Source: an uncultured Planctomycetaceae bacterium (GTDB lineage: Bacteria; Planctomycetota; Planctomycetia; Isosphaerales; Isosphaeraceae). From it: a DNA stretch of 64,000 nucleotides. This document shows, in pieces, positions 40,030 through 49,400 of the stretch; the first letter of the stretch is position 1, and each line of letters starts with the position of its first letter. The DNA is taken from the NCBI GenBank assembly GCA_963833985.1, contig CAWIAD010000002.1, positions 2,624,001-2,688,000 on the forward strand, in the 5' to 3' direction. A program made the position numbers and the translations under genes. The notes below the pieces were generated by a model that had not been told where the DNA came from, searched no databases, and worked only from the letters and a program-made list of their open reading frames with translations.

Positions 40030-40836
40030 TCACGGCGCGGCCGCTGGCGTGATGGAATTGCCTTGCACCGTCCAGCCCTGCCAGATGCGGGCGGTCTCCT
40101 GGTGATGCTCGCGGTTCCAGAGCGTGGCGCGGTCAAGGAGTGCAATGCGGTGCGGCTCGTCGCACTGGACGGCCTCCAGCAAGAGCGCGGCAAGCTCGTG
40201 TTCCGGGGCACTGGAGACGGCCGCCTGCTGGATCTCGACGCTCGTCTGGGGGTCCGGCCGGGTCTGCACGGCCAGCGCGTAGAGTGCCCAGAGGCGGAGG
40301 ATCGGGTCGCGCAGCCGGCAGATCTCGCCCAGCCGCTCGCGGGAGATGGCGTGTCCATGGGTCGCGGCGTAGGCCAGAGGCCGCACGAGCGCCAGCCGCA
40401 GCCAGCCGGGCCAGTCCGGGCTGCGGGCCAGGGCGGTCACGTAGCCCTGCGGATCCTCGGCCACGAACCCGACACCGATGCCCTCGGCCGTGACCGCACG
40501 GGCCATGTCGGGAATCTGCCGGCTCAGGCTCAGGTCCCACAACTGGCGCTGCTCGACGCGCGGATCGCGGCTCAGCGCGTAAGCGGCCTGCACCCGGCGG
40601 ACCTCGGGCTGGCGCGCGTCGTTCAGCACGTAGATGCGTGCCCACACGTCGCGCAGCGTCCAGGCACGATAGCCGAACCAGCTGACCAACGCGATCACGA
40701 TGACCAGACCCAGGATGCCGAGATAAAAGAGCGATCCGTATTTCTCGCTCTGGCTCCGGGCGGGGACCTGCGGATTGTTCAGGATGGGCAAGGAGGGAAG
40801 CTGAGATCGTTGCGGTTCGCTGGAATTCATCATCAT
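40030..40836 (-). CDS. Hypothetical membrane-anchored helical protein
   Basis: One N-terminal TM helix and a helical body. Confidence 0.7.
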   Translation of the reverse strand: MMMNSSEPQRSQLPSLPILNNPQVPARSQSEKYGSLFYLGILGLVIVIALVSWFGYRAWTLRDVWARIYVLNDARQPEVRRVQAAYALSRDPRVEQRQLWDLSLSRQIPDMARAVTAEGIGVGFVAEDPQGYVTALARSPDWPGWLRLALVRPLAYAATHGHAISRERLGEICRLRDPILRLWALYALAVQTRPDPQTSVEIQQAAVSSAPEHELAALLLEAVQCDEPHRIALLDRATLWNREHHQETARIWQGWTVQGNSITPAAAP

Positions 40837-41054
40837 TCCGGGACTTTTTCAGACGGAAGCCGCGCCGGCCATGCGGGGAAGGTGGGACTGAGGGTATTCG
40901 AGTCAGCGCTTTTGACCGGGCGAAGGAGGGAGCCTAGGCTTCTTCAAGAAGTCCCAACCCGCCGTGGCCAGGTGATTCGAGTTCAGGTCCATTGGAATCC
41001 CGCGGGCGCGACCACGACAAGACACGATCCCGGATTTTCTCTGAGGGTATTGCG

Positions 41055-41237
41055 ATGTTCAGGCCGTTATTGCAATTCTACCGGGATGACCAGGCGGCCA
41101 CTGCGGTGGAATACGCGGTGCTCCTGGCCCTCATCCTCGTGGCCGTGATGACCGCGATCAACGCAGTGGGTGATAGCACGCACGGCATCTGGGCCAACGA
41201 CGCCAGCACGATCGAGACGGCGACCGGAGGCTCCTGA
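41055..41237 (+). CDS. flp: Flp-family type IVb pilin
   Basis: 'DDQAATAVEYAVLLALILVAV' Flp motif, 60 aa. Confidence 0.85.
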   Translation: MFRPLLQFYRDDQAATAVEYAVLLALILVAVMTAINAVGDSTHGIWANDASTIETATGGS

Positions 41238-41435
41238 TTCCTGGCCGGCCGCTCCGCATCCAGCCGCTTGCGAGCACGATTCCGGATTTCCGCCGGCGGC
41301 GTGCGGCTGTTAGGATGGTACAGGCGTCCGGCCTGGATCGTATCGGCGGCACGGCCCGCGCGGGTCGCGCACCGCGGCACCCGAGCGCCGTCCGTCCGCC
41401 AAGCTGCCAGGCCGCCAGGCCCGCCCGTGTCGTCC

Positions 41436-42610
41436 ATGAAGCTCAAGTGCACCCCCGATGATTTCCAGGTCGAGGAGTTGACGTCGCTGGAGCCGGCGCC
41501 ACGGGGCGGCACGTCCTGTATCGCCTCAGCAAGCGTGGGCTGGGCACCATCGAGGCGGTCGAGGCGGTCTGCCGGCGCTGGAACCTGGCGAGCCAGCGCA
41601 TCAGCTATGGCGGGCTGAAGGACAGGCACGCCGCGACGGTTCAGTATCTCACCATCCGCGACGGGCCGGACCGGGCGCTCCACCAGACGAGCTTCGAGCT
41701 CCAGCCCATCGGCCGGCTGAATCATCCTTACGGCCCCCAGCACTTCCACGGCAACCGGTTTCGCCTGGTCGTGCGCGACCTCAGCCGCGCCGAGACCGAG
41801 CGCGCGCTGGAACGGCTGCAATCGGTCACCGCCGACGGCCTGCCGAATTACTTCGACGACCAGCGGTTCGGCTCGCTGGGCCGCTCCGGCGAGTTCATCG
41901 GCCAAGCCTGGCTGCGCGGCGATCACGAGCGAGCGCTCTGGCTGGCCCTGGCCGAGCCCTTGCCGTTTGACCGCTCGGCGGACAAGGCGCAGAAGGCGAT
42001 CCTGCGCGAGTGCTGGGGCCGCTGGGCCGAGGCCAAGGCCCGCCTCGACCGGTCGTCCGCCCGGAGCATCGTGACCTACCTGGTCGATCATCCGGCCGAC
42101 TGTCGCGGCGCGTTCGCCCGGCTCAACCGGCAGCTTCGTTCGCTCTATTTCTCGGCGTTCCAGAGCCATCTCTGGAACCTGTTGCTGTCGCGCTGGGTCG
42201 AGCACAGACCCGGCCCGAACAGCGCGCGGTGGTGGACATGAAGGCTGCCCTGCTGACATTCCCGCGGCGCTGGAGCCCGAGCAGCGCCAGAAGCTCGAGG
42301 CGGCGCCGCTGCCGCTTCCATCCGCCCGGACGCCCTTGCCGGGCGAGCCGCACGGACCGATCATCGCCGAGGTCCTGGAGCCGTTCGGCCTCTCCTGGAA
42401 CGACCTGCGCGTGCGGCACCTGAAGGACGTCTTCCTCTCCAAGGGAGTGCGGCAGCCCCTCTTCGTCCCGGGAACCTCCAGGCCGCGGGGTCCGACGACG
42501 AGCTCCACGCAGGCCGCCACGCCGTGACCATGAGTTTCGAGCTGGGCAAGGGCTCGTACGCGACCATCCTGGTGAAACGGGTCTTCGAGGTGGCCGAGGA
42601 ACAGGCTTGA
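41436..42610 (+). CDS. truD: tRNA pseudouridine synthase TruD (several frameshifts)
   Basis: 'KCTPDDFQVEE', 'GGLKDRHA', 'GNRF', 'LPNYFDDQRFG', 'SAFQSHLWN', 'FELGKGSYAT', spread across frames. Confidence 0.88.
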
Positions 42611-42626
42611 CCACGGCGGGCGGCGG

Positions 42627-43310
42627 ATGACCATCGACATCCTCTACGAGGACAATCACTGCCTGGCGGTGAACAAGCCCGCGGGGCTGCTCTCGCAAGG
42701 CGATGCGAGCGGCGACCCGTGCCTCGTCTCGTGGGCGCGAGACTACCTGAAAACGCACTACGGAAAGCCGGGGAACGTCTATGTCGGCCTGGTCCATCGG
42801 CTTGACCGTCCCACCTCGGGGGTGGTGCTGCTGGCCCGCACCAGCAAGGCGGCAGGTCGGCTCTCCGCGCAGTTCCGCTCGGGCCAGGTCGCCAAGATTT
42901 ACTGGGCCATCGTCGAGGGCCGGCCGCCCGCGGCCGAGGGCGAGTGGGTGGACTTCCTGGAGAAGGACCGCCGCCTCAATCGCGTTCACCGGATCGATGA
43001 TCCCGGCGGAGACGAGCAGGTGGCCCGGGTGAGTTACCGGGTCCTGGGTCCTGTCGGCAAGCTCTGCAAGCTGGAACTGCGTCCCGCCACGGGTCGAAGC
43101 CACCAGCTCCGGGTTCAGCTCGCCGGCCGCGGTTTGCCGATCATGGGCGATCTCAAGTATGGGTCCGTGACACGACTGGATGCCAAGGATGGGAAGCCGC
43201 GGATCGCGCTGCATGCGCGGCAGGTCAGCTTCACGCATCCAACGCGCGGGGAAGTGCTCTCGATCGTCGCGCCGGTGCCGGCAGACTGGCCAGAGTCCGG
43301 GTCAGGATGA
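42627..43310 (+). CDS. RluA-family pseudouridine synthase
   Basis: 'VNKPAGL', 'VHRLDRPTSG', 'TGRSHQLRVQ', 'LHA'. Confidence 0.93.
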   Translation: MTIDILYEDNHCLAVNKPAGLLSQGDASGDPCLVSWARDYLKTHYGKPGNVYVGLVHRLDRPTSGVVLLARTSKAAGRLSAQFRSGQVAKIYWAIVEGRPPAAEGEWVDFLEKDRRLNRVHRIDDPGGDEQVARVSYRVLGPVGKLCKLELRPATGRSHQLRVQLAGRGLPIMGDLKYGSVTRLDAKDGKPRIALHARQVSFTHPTRGEVLSIVAPVPADWPESGSG

Positions 43311-44952
43311 CGGGAACCGCGGAGCGGCCCCAGAGGGCCAGGGGAAGACCGACGCCCGTTGCCAGGATGGCGGCGTACGGTTGCCAGCCGGTGCTCTGGA
43401 CGGGTGCGGGATAGGAAGGGGTTGGCAAGTGAGAAGACAGCAGCGATCGGGAGGCCGAGGCTGAGAGCGGCGGAACCAGCGCGGCGTGCGACGGTCGGGT
43501 CTGCTCGTTCGAGGCCGCGCGATCGGGGCTGGCGGTTGCGGATGGCGGAGGGGCCGGATCGGTCGACGTGGTGCTTTCTCGCCGTGCCTGGGTGCGTTCC
43601 TGCTCGAGGTGTTCAAGGTATTGCCGCGCGGCGGTCCAGTACTCCTCGTTCTTCAGTCCCAGTGACTCGGCCTCGCGGCGCGCGATCTCGTTGCTGACCC
43701 GGTCCACGGCGATCCGCCGGATGTACCAGAGAGCGCCTGCGCGGGTGCCGTCGGAGTCGAAGAAGTAGAGCGGGCGGGCCTCGCCCATGGCGACCTCCAG
43801 GTCGAAGCGTGCCACGTGCGCGCGGTCGAGCGTCGTCCGATCCACGGGCAGGGCGACGTAACGCAAGCCGCGGCGTGCGGTCTCGGCGATGAACGCCAGA
43901 TCGGTCTCGGACGACGGCCGCAGGTCGACAAGGGTCTTGTAGCCCTTCTCGGAGAGCCAGTCGAGCCCGGCAGGTGTCGGTGCGGAGCCGGCCGCCAGCT
44001 TCAGATCGACGGCGACGAACCGGCGGATGCCGGGCGCCCCGCTCGTGGATCGTGAGACCTCGGCGCCCGGCAGGCCCGCCTCGGTCACCGCCGGGTCGGG
44101 CTCGCTCTCGGGACGTCCGCTGGCGGCATGATTCTCCGGGCTGGAGGCAGCCGAGGGCGCCGGCGCCGGCGGTGGCGCCGTCGGCCGCGCTGCCGCCGGC
44201 GTGGCGGCCGGTCTCGTGGGTGGCAGGGTGCGTGGCGCCGCGGGGGCCGGCGGTGGCGTGACCGTCCTCTCGGTCACGTCGCCGGGCAGGTCCAGTGGCG
44301 GCAGGTGGTCAAGCATGCTCGAGGCGGATCCGGTCACCTCGGCGGCCTCGGCTGGCAGCTCGTCGCGCGACGAGGAGGCCAGCCGCTGGGCAGACTCCTG
44401 CGCCGACCGGGTGGCCGGCACAGGTGTCGAGGTCAAGCTGCGAGCCACGGAACTGCCGGTGTAACCGTAGATTCGCGGATCGCCCCTCTGGGTTTCATAG
44501 CTCGAGGTCTTGCCCTTGGTGCTGGTGCTCCCGGTGTTGGACGGGTACGACCGCACCGGCGAAGAGCCGGGGCTGGCCTGGGGCACGGCCTCGAGATTGG
44601 TCGGGGAGTCCTGCACGTTGGACGGCGTGGTCCCGCCTGGAATGACAGTTCCGCCCGGCACGACGACCGGAGCGGCGCCCACTCCGACGGGCACTCCGCT
44701 GGGGAAGCATCCTCCGTCAGCCACGACCTCGGAGCCGCAGCTACTGCAACCGTGGCGGAACGGTCGCGTCAGGAAGCTGGTGGTGCGGCCCACGAAGCCG
44801 CAGGGACTGAACGGGCCCGACTGGCAGCCGGTCTGAAGCAGACATCCAGCCAGCAGGAGCCCGAGCGCCATGAGCCTTCGGCCATGCCCGCCGGGCAGGC
44901 CTGGCTTCCCGCGGTTGATCCCGCGGGCACGAAACCATCGCAAGCGGAACAT
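43231..44952 (-). CDS. Putative lipoprotein with P/S/T-rich linker and phosphatase-like (DUF442-type) domain
   Basis: 'LLLAGCLLQTGC', 'LDWLSEKGYKTLVDLR', 'GLRYVALPV', 'RPLYFFDSDGTRAGALW'. Start uncertain. Confidence 0.7.
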   Translation of the reverse strand: MFRLRWFRARGINRGKPGLPGGHGRRLMALGLLLAGCLLQTGCQSGPFSPCGFVGRTTSFLTRPFRHGCSSCGSEVVADGGCFPSGVPVGVGAAPVVVPGGTVIPGGTTPSNVQDSPTNLEAVPQASPGSSPVRSYPSNTGSTSTKGKTSSYETQRGDPRIYGYTGSSVARSLTSTPVPATRSAQESAQRLASSSRDELPAEAAEVTGSASSMLDHLPPLDLPGDVTERTVTPPPAPAAPRTLPPTRPAATPAAARPTAPPPAPAPSAASSPENHAASGRPESEPDPAVTEAGLPGAEVSRSTSGAPGIRRFVAVDLKLAAGSAPTPAGLDWLSEKGYKTLVDLRPSSETDLAFIAETARRGLRYVALPVDRTTLDRAHVARFDLEVAMGEARPLYFFDSDGTRAGALWYIRRIAVDRVSNEIARREAESLGLKNEEYWTAARQYLEHLEQERTQARRESTTSTDPAPPPSATASPDRAASNEQTRPSHAALVPPLSASASRSLLSSHLPTPSYPAPVQSTGWQPYAAILATGVGLPLALWGRSAVPVILTRTLASLPAPARRSRALPRALDA

Positions 44953-45504
44953 CTCAGTTTTCTCCCGTTTTCCGGCATCCTCCCGCGAATCGAACCGGCC
45001 ACGGCTGCACGAGGCAGGCTCCGGCCCGGTGGGCGACGGCACGACACACGGTCGCGCCCCGGCCTTGATCCGGACCAGCCATCGAGACGGCGACATGCCG
45101 GCAGCCTTTCTGGCCGGCCGGGGAACCCGGCGCGAGGCGAAGCACTGCCAGTGGTCAAAAGCGAAGACGCGCATCGGGATGCTCGGGGTGCTGCTCAAAG
45201 GGGATCGTTGACGGTTCCCGGACGCGACGAGAGGGTTCCTGGCCCGCAGACGCCAGGATGTCCAGATCGGAATCGGCCGGAAGCCGATCCCGCGGCTGGC
45301 AAACCTGGCCCGCACAGTCCGCCCTATCGGCGCCAAAGGGTGTGCAACCGTGGCCGACAACCCAGGTCAATCTGGGCAGTCGCTGAAACTTAGCCGACAA
45401 TCGGATGGTTGCCAAAGATTCAAGTGGGTTTCTAGAATCAGGTCTAAAGTTCATCTCGTGCAGTCGTTAAACTTTCCCAGGCTTCACCCCGAGACCCAGC
45501 CAAG

Positions 45505-46864
45505 ATGCCGACATCACAGGCTTTGCAATCGGCGAAAACGCATGGCAGCGCACGATCGCCGGCCGCCCTCTTCTGGCTCATCGGCCTGGTCGCGGCTGCC
45601 TGTTTCAGCCTGGGCCTGCGCAATGCGCCGTTCGTGGACGAATATGCTTACATCACCCAGTCGTACCAGCCCGATCTCGTCTTTGCCGGCAAGCTCAATG
45701 ACATCTCCTGGCTTGATACTCCGGGCTACGACCTGGTTCCCCTGCCAAAGTACTGGATCAACCTGGCGTTTCGCGCCGCCGCGATCGCGCGCCGCGCCCC
45801 GCAATGCCCTGAAATGGTATGACGATACCTCGTACCGCTGGGGCACCTCGTTCGACCTGCTGATCGCCCGGCTGCCCTCGGTCCTCCTGGGGGCGATCGG
45901 CTGCGCGGCGGTCTTTGCTCTGGGCACCATGATCCGGGATCAGTGCACCGGCGCCATTGCGGCACTGCTGCTGGCCATCAACCCGCTCTACGCCCTGCAC
46001 GCCCACCGCGCCATGTCCGAGCCTTCCTGCGAGGCGTTCTTGCTGCTGGCCCTGGTTCTGGGATTGAAAGGCTGCAAGCGGGTGGTGAGTAGGGACGGTG
46101 CCGCGGCGGGCGTGCGCTGGCTGATCGCGGCCGGAGGCGTTGCGGGCCTGGCGATCCTCTCGAAGTTCAGCGGCGTGCTCGCCTTGCTGGTGCTGGTGAG
46201 CTGGGCCGGTCTTGCCTCGGCCCTGCCGTTCGTGACACGGTCCGCGCACCTTCGCCTCGGTGCCGGCGCGGGGGGAGCCGTCGTGGCGGCCTGGGCCGTC
46301 TTCATCGCGCTGAACCCGTTCATGACGGCCCAGCCCGGCGGCGCCCTGCCGCCCCAGATCCAGACCGTCGCCGCGCTCTCACGCTGGCAGCGGCTTGGTT
46401 TCCTGGTGAAGCACCGTGCCCGGGTCTCCGCCGACCAGCAGGTCATGTTCCCGCACAATGCGCTGCACGGCCTGGGTGGGAGGGCCGCCGTGGTTCTCGT
46501 GCAGGGCTTCGGACGTTTCGGGCCGCTCGGCCCGCGCCAGTCGGATTCAACCCGCCGTTACGACCGAGCCCAGGACGCCGGAGTGCTCCTCTGGCTGCCC
46601 TGGGTGATCAGCGGCGCCCTCGCCGCCATCCGGCTGGGCAAGCAGCAAGCGGCCCTGGGGCAGGTGCCCGCCGCCTGGGCCCTGGTGGTCTGGGAAGCGC
46701 TCGCGGTGGCCGTGGTCACAGCGTACCTGCCCATGGCATGGGACCGCTATCTGCTGCCCATCCAGGCGCCGGCGGCCCTGCTGGCGGCCCTGCCGATGAG
46801 CATCGCCGCCGAGGCACTGCTGCTGCGGCTGCGCCGGCCGCGCTCTTTCCCGAGGCCCGGATGA
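45505..46864 (+). CDS. GT-C fold (ArnT/PMT-like) glycosyltransferase (frameshift near 45790)
   Basis: 'FVDEYAY', 'ARLPSV', 'AMSE', 'GLAILSKF', 'WDRYLLP', many TM helices. Confidence 0.75.
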
Positions 46865-48393
46865 CACTCCCCCGGGTCCGCGTGCACTGGCTGGTCTTTC
46901 TGCTGCTGCTCTCCAGCTATGCCTTCTTCCGGCATTCGCGTGACTGGAACACCGCCAGCCGGCTCATCCTCACCTACGCCCTGGCCGACCGGGGAACCGT
47001 TTGCCTGGACGGCCTTGACGGGCACACGCGTGACATCGCCCATTTTCAGGGCCACTACTACTGCGACAAGCTCCCCGGCTTCTCGCTGGTGGCCACCATT
47101 CCTTACGGCCTGGCGAGGCTGGCTCTCGGGCTCCCCGCGCACCCGCTGCATTCCTCGGCCGAGGACCAGAAGTACTGGCCGGCCGACTACTGGATCACGC
47201 TGGGCACGTCGGGGTTCTTCACGGCATGCACGGCCGTCTTGCTGATGAGCCTGGCTTGCGAGCTGGGATGCTCACCGCGCCGGGCCGCGCTCGTGGGACT
47301 GGCTTACGGCCTGGCCACGCCGGCCTACGTGTACGCGACTCTGGCCTACGGCCACCAGCTCAGCGCCCTGGCCTTGCTGGGCTCATTCGTCTTGATTGCC
47401 CGACCGGGAAACCGCCGGGACGCCCTGCGCACGGGAATCGCCGGCTTCCTGGCGGCGTACGCGCCGGCCACCGAGCTCCAGGTGGCCCCGGCCTCGGCGA
47501 TACTTGGTCTTTACCTGCTCTTCCAGTGTCTCAGGGGCCAGCGCAGGCCCGACGCCCTGGCATACTTCGGCCTTGGCGCGGCCGCGCCCGTTCTGCTCGT
47601 GCTGGGCTACAACCTGTTCACCTTCGGCTCGCCCTGGGACATGGGCTATTTCCACGAAGCCACGCCCCAGTTCGCCAGGGTCCACAACCGGCAAAACCCG
47701 CTGGGCCTGCGCATGCCCGACGGCCGATTGATCACCCGGCTGCTCTGGGGCGAGTATCGCGGGCTCTTCTTTTACGCGCCCATCCTGCTGCTGGCACTGC
47801 CCGGATGGCCCGTGCTAGCCTTGAACAGGCGCTGCCGCCGGCCGGGCCTGGCCCTGGTTTCGTTGTCCATCGCCACGGCACTTTTCGGGGTGAACCTGAG
47901 CTATCCCGAGTGGACCGGCGGCTGGTCGACCGGTCCCCGCCTGCTGCTGCCGTTGATCCCGTTCGCCATGATCGCCGTGGCCGCCAGCCTGGCGGGCGAA
48001 GGGCGCTGGACCGGGATTGCGACCGCACTTGCCGTGCTGCTCTCGCTCGCCGGCGGTGCGCTCATGCTGCTCTTCCAGGGCGCGGGGGGACGCGTTCCGC
48101 AGTACGTCGAGGCGCCGCTGAGAGAGTTTGTCTGGCCACTCTGGACGGCCCGCATGGCCATGCATTACCTGCCGCTCGTGGCCATGCAACTCGCCAGCAT
48201 GGCGCTCATCTTCGGGACCGCGCGGCCGCGCCCGCGCACGGTCCACGAAGCTGTATCCGGAGCCCAGTCCCGTCCGCGGTCCGCGATGTCACACCTGGGT
48301 ATTGATCAGCAGCAGCAGGGCCGTCGTGCCGATGAGGATGCCCAGGATCCAGAGCGACAGCCGGGCGGCGTGGATCCAGATCCTCGGCCATGA
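46861..48393 (+). CDS. Polytopic membrane protein, probable GT-C fold
   Basis: 'YYCDKLPGFS', 'GLATPAYVYA', 'GLFFYAP', 'WTGGWSTGPRLLLP'. Coupled to the previous gene. Confidence 0.7.
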   Translation: MTLPRVRVHWLVFLLLLSSYAFFRHSRDWNTASRLILTYALADRGTVCLDGLDGHTRDIAHFQGHYYCDKLPGFSLVATIPYGLARLALGLPAHPLHSSAEDQKYWPADYWITLGTSGFFTACTAVLLMSLACELGCSPRRAALVGLAYGLATPAYVYATLAYGHQLSALALLGSFVLIARPGNRRDALRTGIAGFLAAYAPATELQVAPASAILGLYLLFQCLRGQRRPDALAYFGLGAAAPVLLVLGYNLFTFGSPWDMGYFHEATPQFARVHNRQNPLGLRMPDGRLITRLLWGEYRGLFFYAPILLLALPGWPVLALNRRCRRPGLALVSLSIATALFGVNLSYPEWTGGWSTGPRLLLPLIPFAMIAVAASLAGEGRWTGIATALAVLLSLAGGALMLLFQGAGGRVPQYVEAPLREFVWPLWTARMAMHYLPLVAMQLASMALIFGTARPRPRTVHEAVSGAQSRPRSAMSHLGIDQQQQGRRADEDAQDPERQPGGVDPDPRP

Positions 48394-48480
48394 TTCGTGC
48401 CGCGAGGCGGAGTAGACCAGGCTGATCACCATGACCAGGGGCAGCACCAGCCAGTAGACGTTCGCGGGTGCCATGATCAT
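48289..48480 (-). CDS. Small two-helix membrane protein
   Basis: 'ISLVYSASRHE'. Coupled to the upstream gene. Confidence 0.65.
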   Translation of the reverse strand: MIMAPANVYWLVLPLVMVISLVYSASRHESWPRIWIHAARLSLWILGILIGTTALLLLINTQV

Positions 48481-49040
48481 GCGGCACCTCCGGCCTTGAC
48501 CGGCTCGCCGGTGACGAGGGTACCGGCGGCGACGGCGCTCGTGCCGGCGTCGGCGGGCTCCTCCGCTTCGATGTACGCCGGGCCTTCAAAAGCGTCGTAG
48601 ATCGCGAGCACGTTCAGCAGCCCGGCGACCGTCGTGTAGATGGTGCCAATCTCCACCAGCTTGCTGAGCCGGGGTTGCAGGCCGTTGAGCACGTTCTGGG
48701 AAGGCTCGGCCATGAATCCCCAGAGCAGCTGGCCCGTGTCGGGCCAGAGCGTGTGGATGGTGCCCTGAATCAAGGCGGGCAAGGCCGCCAGTCCGACCCA
48801 GAACTGCCCCAGGTAGTAGAGGCAGAACTTCTCGGGGTTGTTGAGCGGGTTGATCCAGCGCCAGTAGACGATCTTGCCCTCGCCCAGAAAGAAGCCCGCG
48901 AAGTAGAGCCCGAGAATGCAGATCGCGTACAGCCAGCCCTTTGCGGTACGCCCCTGGTAGAAGTGGCCAAGCCCGGGAACCAGCCAGGCGAGCAGTGCGG
49001 CTTGGTAGGGCTCTTTCAGAGGGACCGTCGGTTGGCTCAT
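48477..49040 (-). CDS. DUF6677-like membrane protein
   Basis: 'LAWLVPGLGHFYQGR..KG', 'GTIYTTVAGLLNVLAIYDA'. Confidence 0.75.
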   Translation of the reverse strand: MSQPTVPLKEPYQAALLAWLVPGLGHFYQGRTAKGWLYAICILGLYFAGFFLGEGKIVYWRWINPLNNPEKFCLYYLGQFWVGLAALPALIQGTIHTLWPDTGQLLWGFMAEPSQNVLNGLQPRLSKLVEIGTIYTTVAGLLNVLAIYDAFEGPAYIEAEEPADAGTSAVAAGTLVTGEPVKAGGAA

Positions 49041-49400
49041 GAGCAGAAGCTTGATCCGGGACCAGGAAAAGGAGGAGGTAACTCTCAGATGCTATCACGA
49101 GGCGGCACCGGGAATCTACCCGCGTTTGAGGCGCCGCCAGGTATGGCTCGATCTGGGCCGGCGCAGCCTGCGCGGGGGCGCACCGAGGCCGCCTGCTTCA
49201 GGGCCCGCTCGCTGCCGATGTCGGTGTCGATGACGCGGGGTTCCTCCTCCGGCGTCCCTGCCGTTCCATTCCCTCGGGTCTTATGTTAGGAGAGAAAGCG
49301 AGCTTTTCCCATGAACGTGCAGTCTGTCTGCGTCTGAGCGTGCACGGGATGGCCGTCCGAACGGCGAAATTCATGAGCCGATGAGGAAATCGAGCCGTTC

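Noticed and set aside
37004..40358. Long alternative-frame and antisense ORFs (e.g. 37004-38905, 37323-38840, 15958-17397, 61504-63153)
   Set aside because: Arg/Pro/Ala-rich shadow ORFs expected in high-GC DNA, overlapping well-supported genes.
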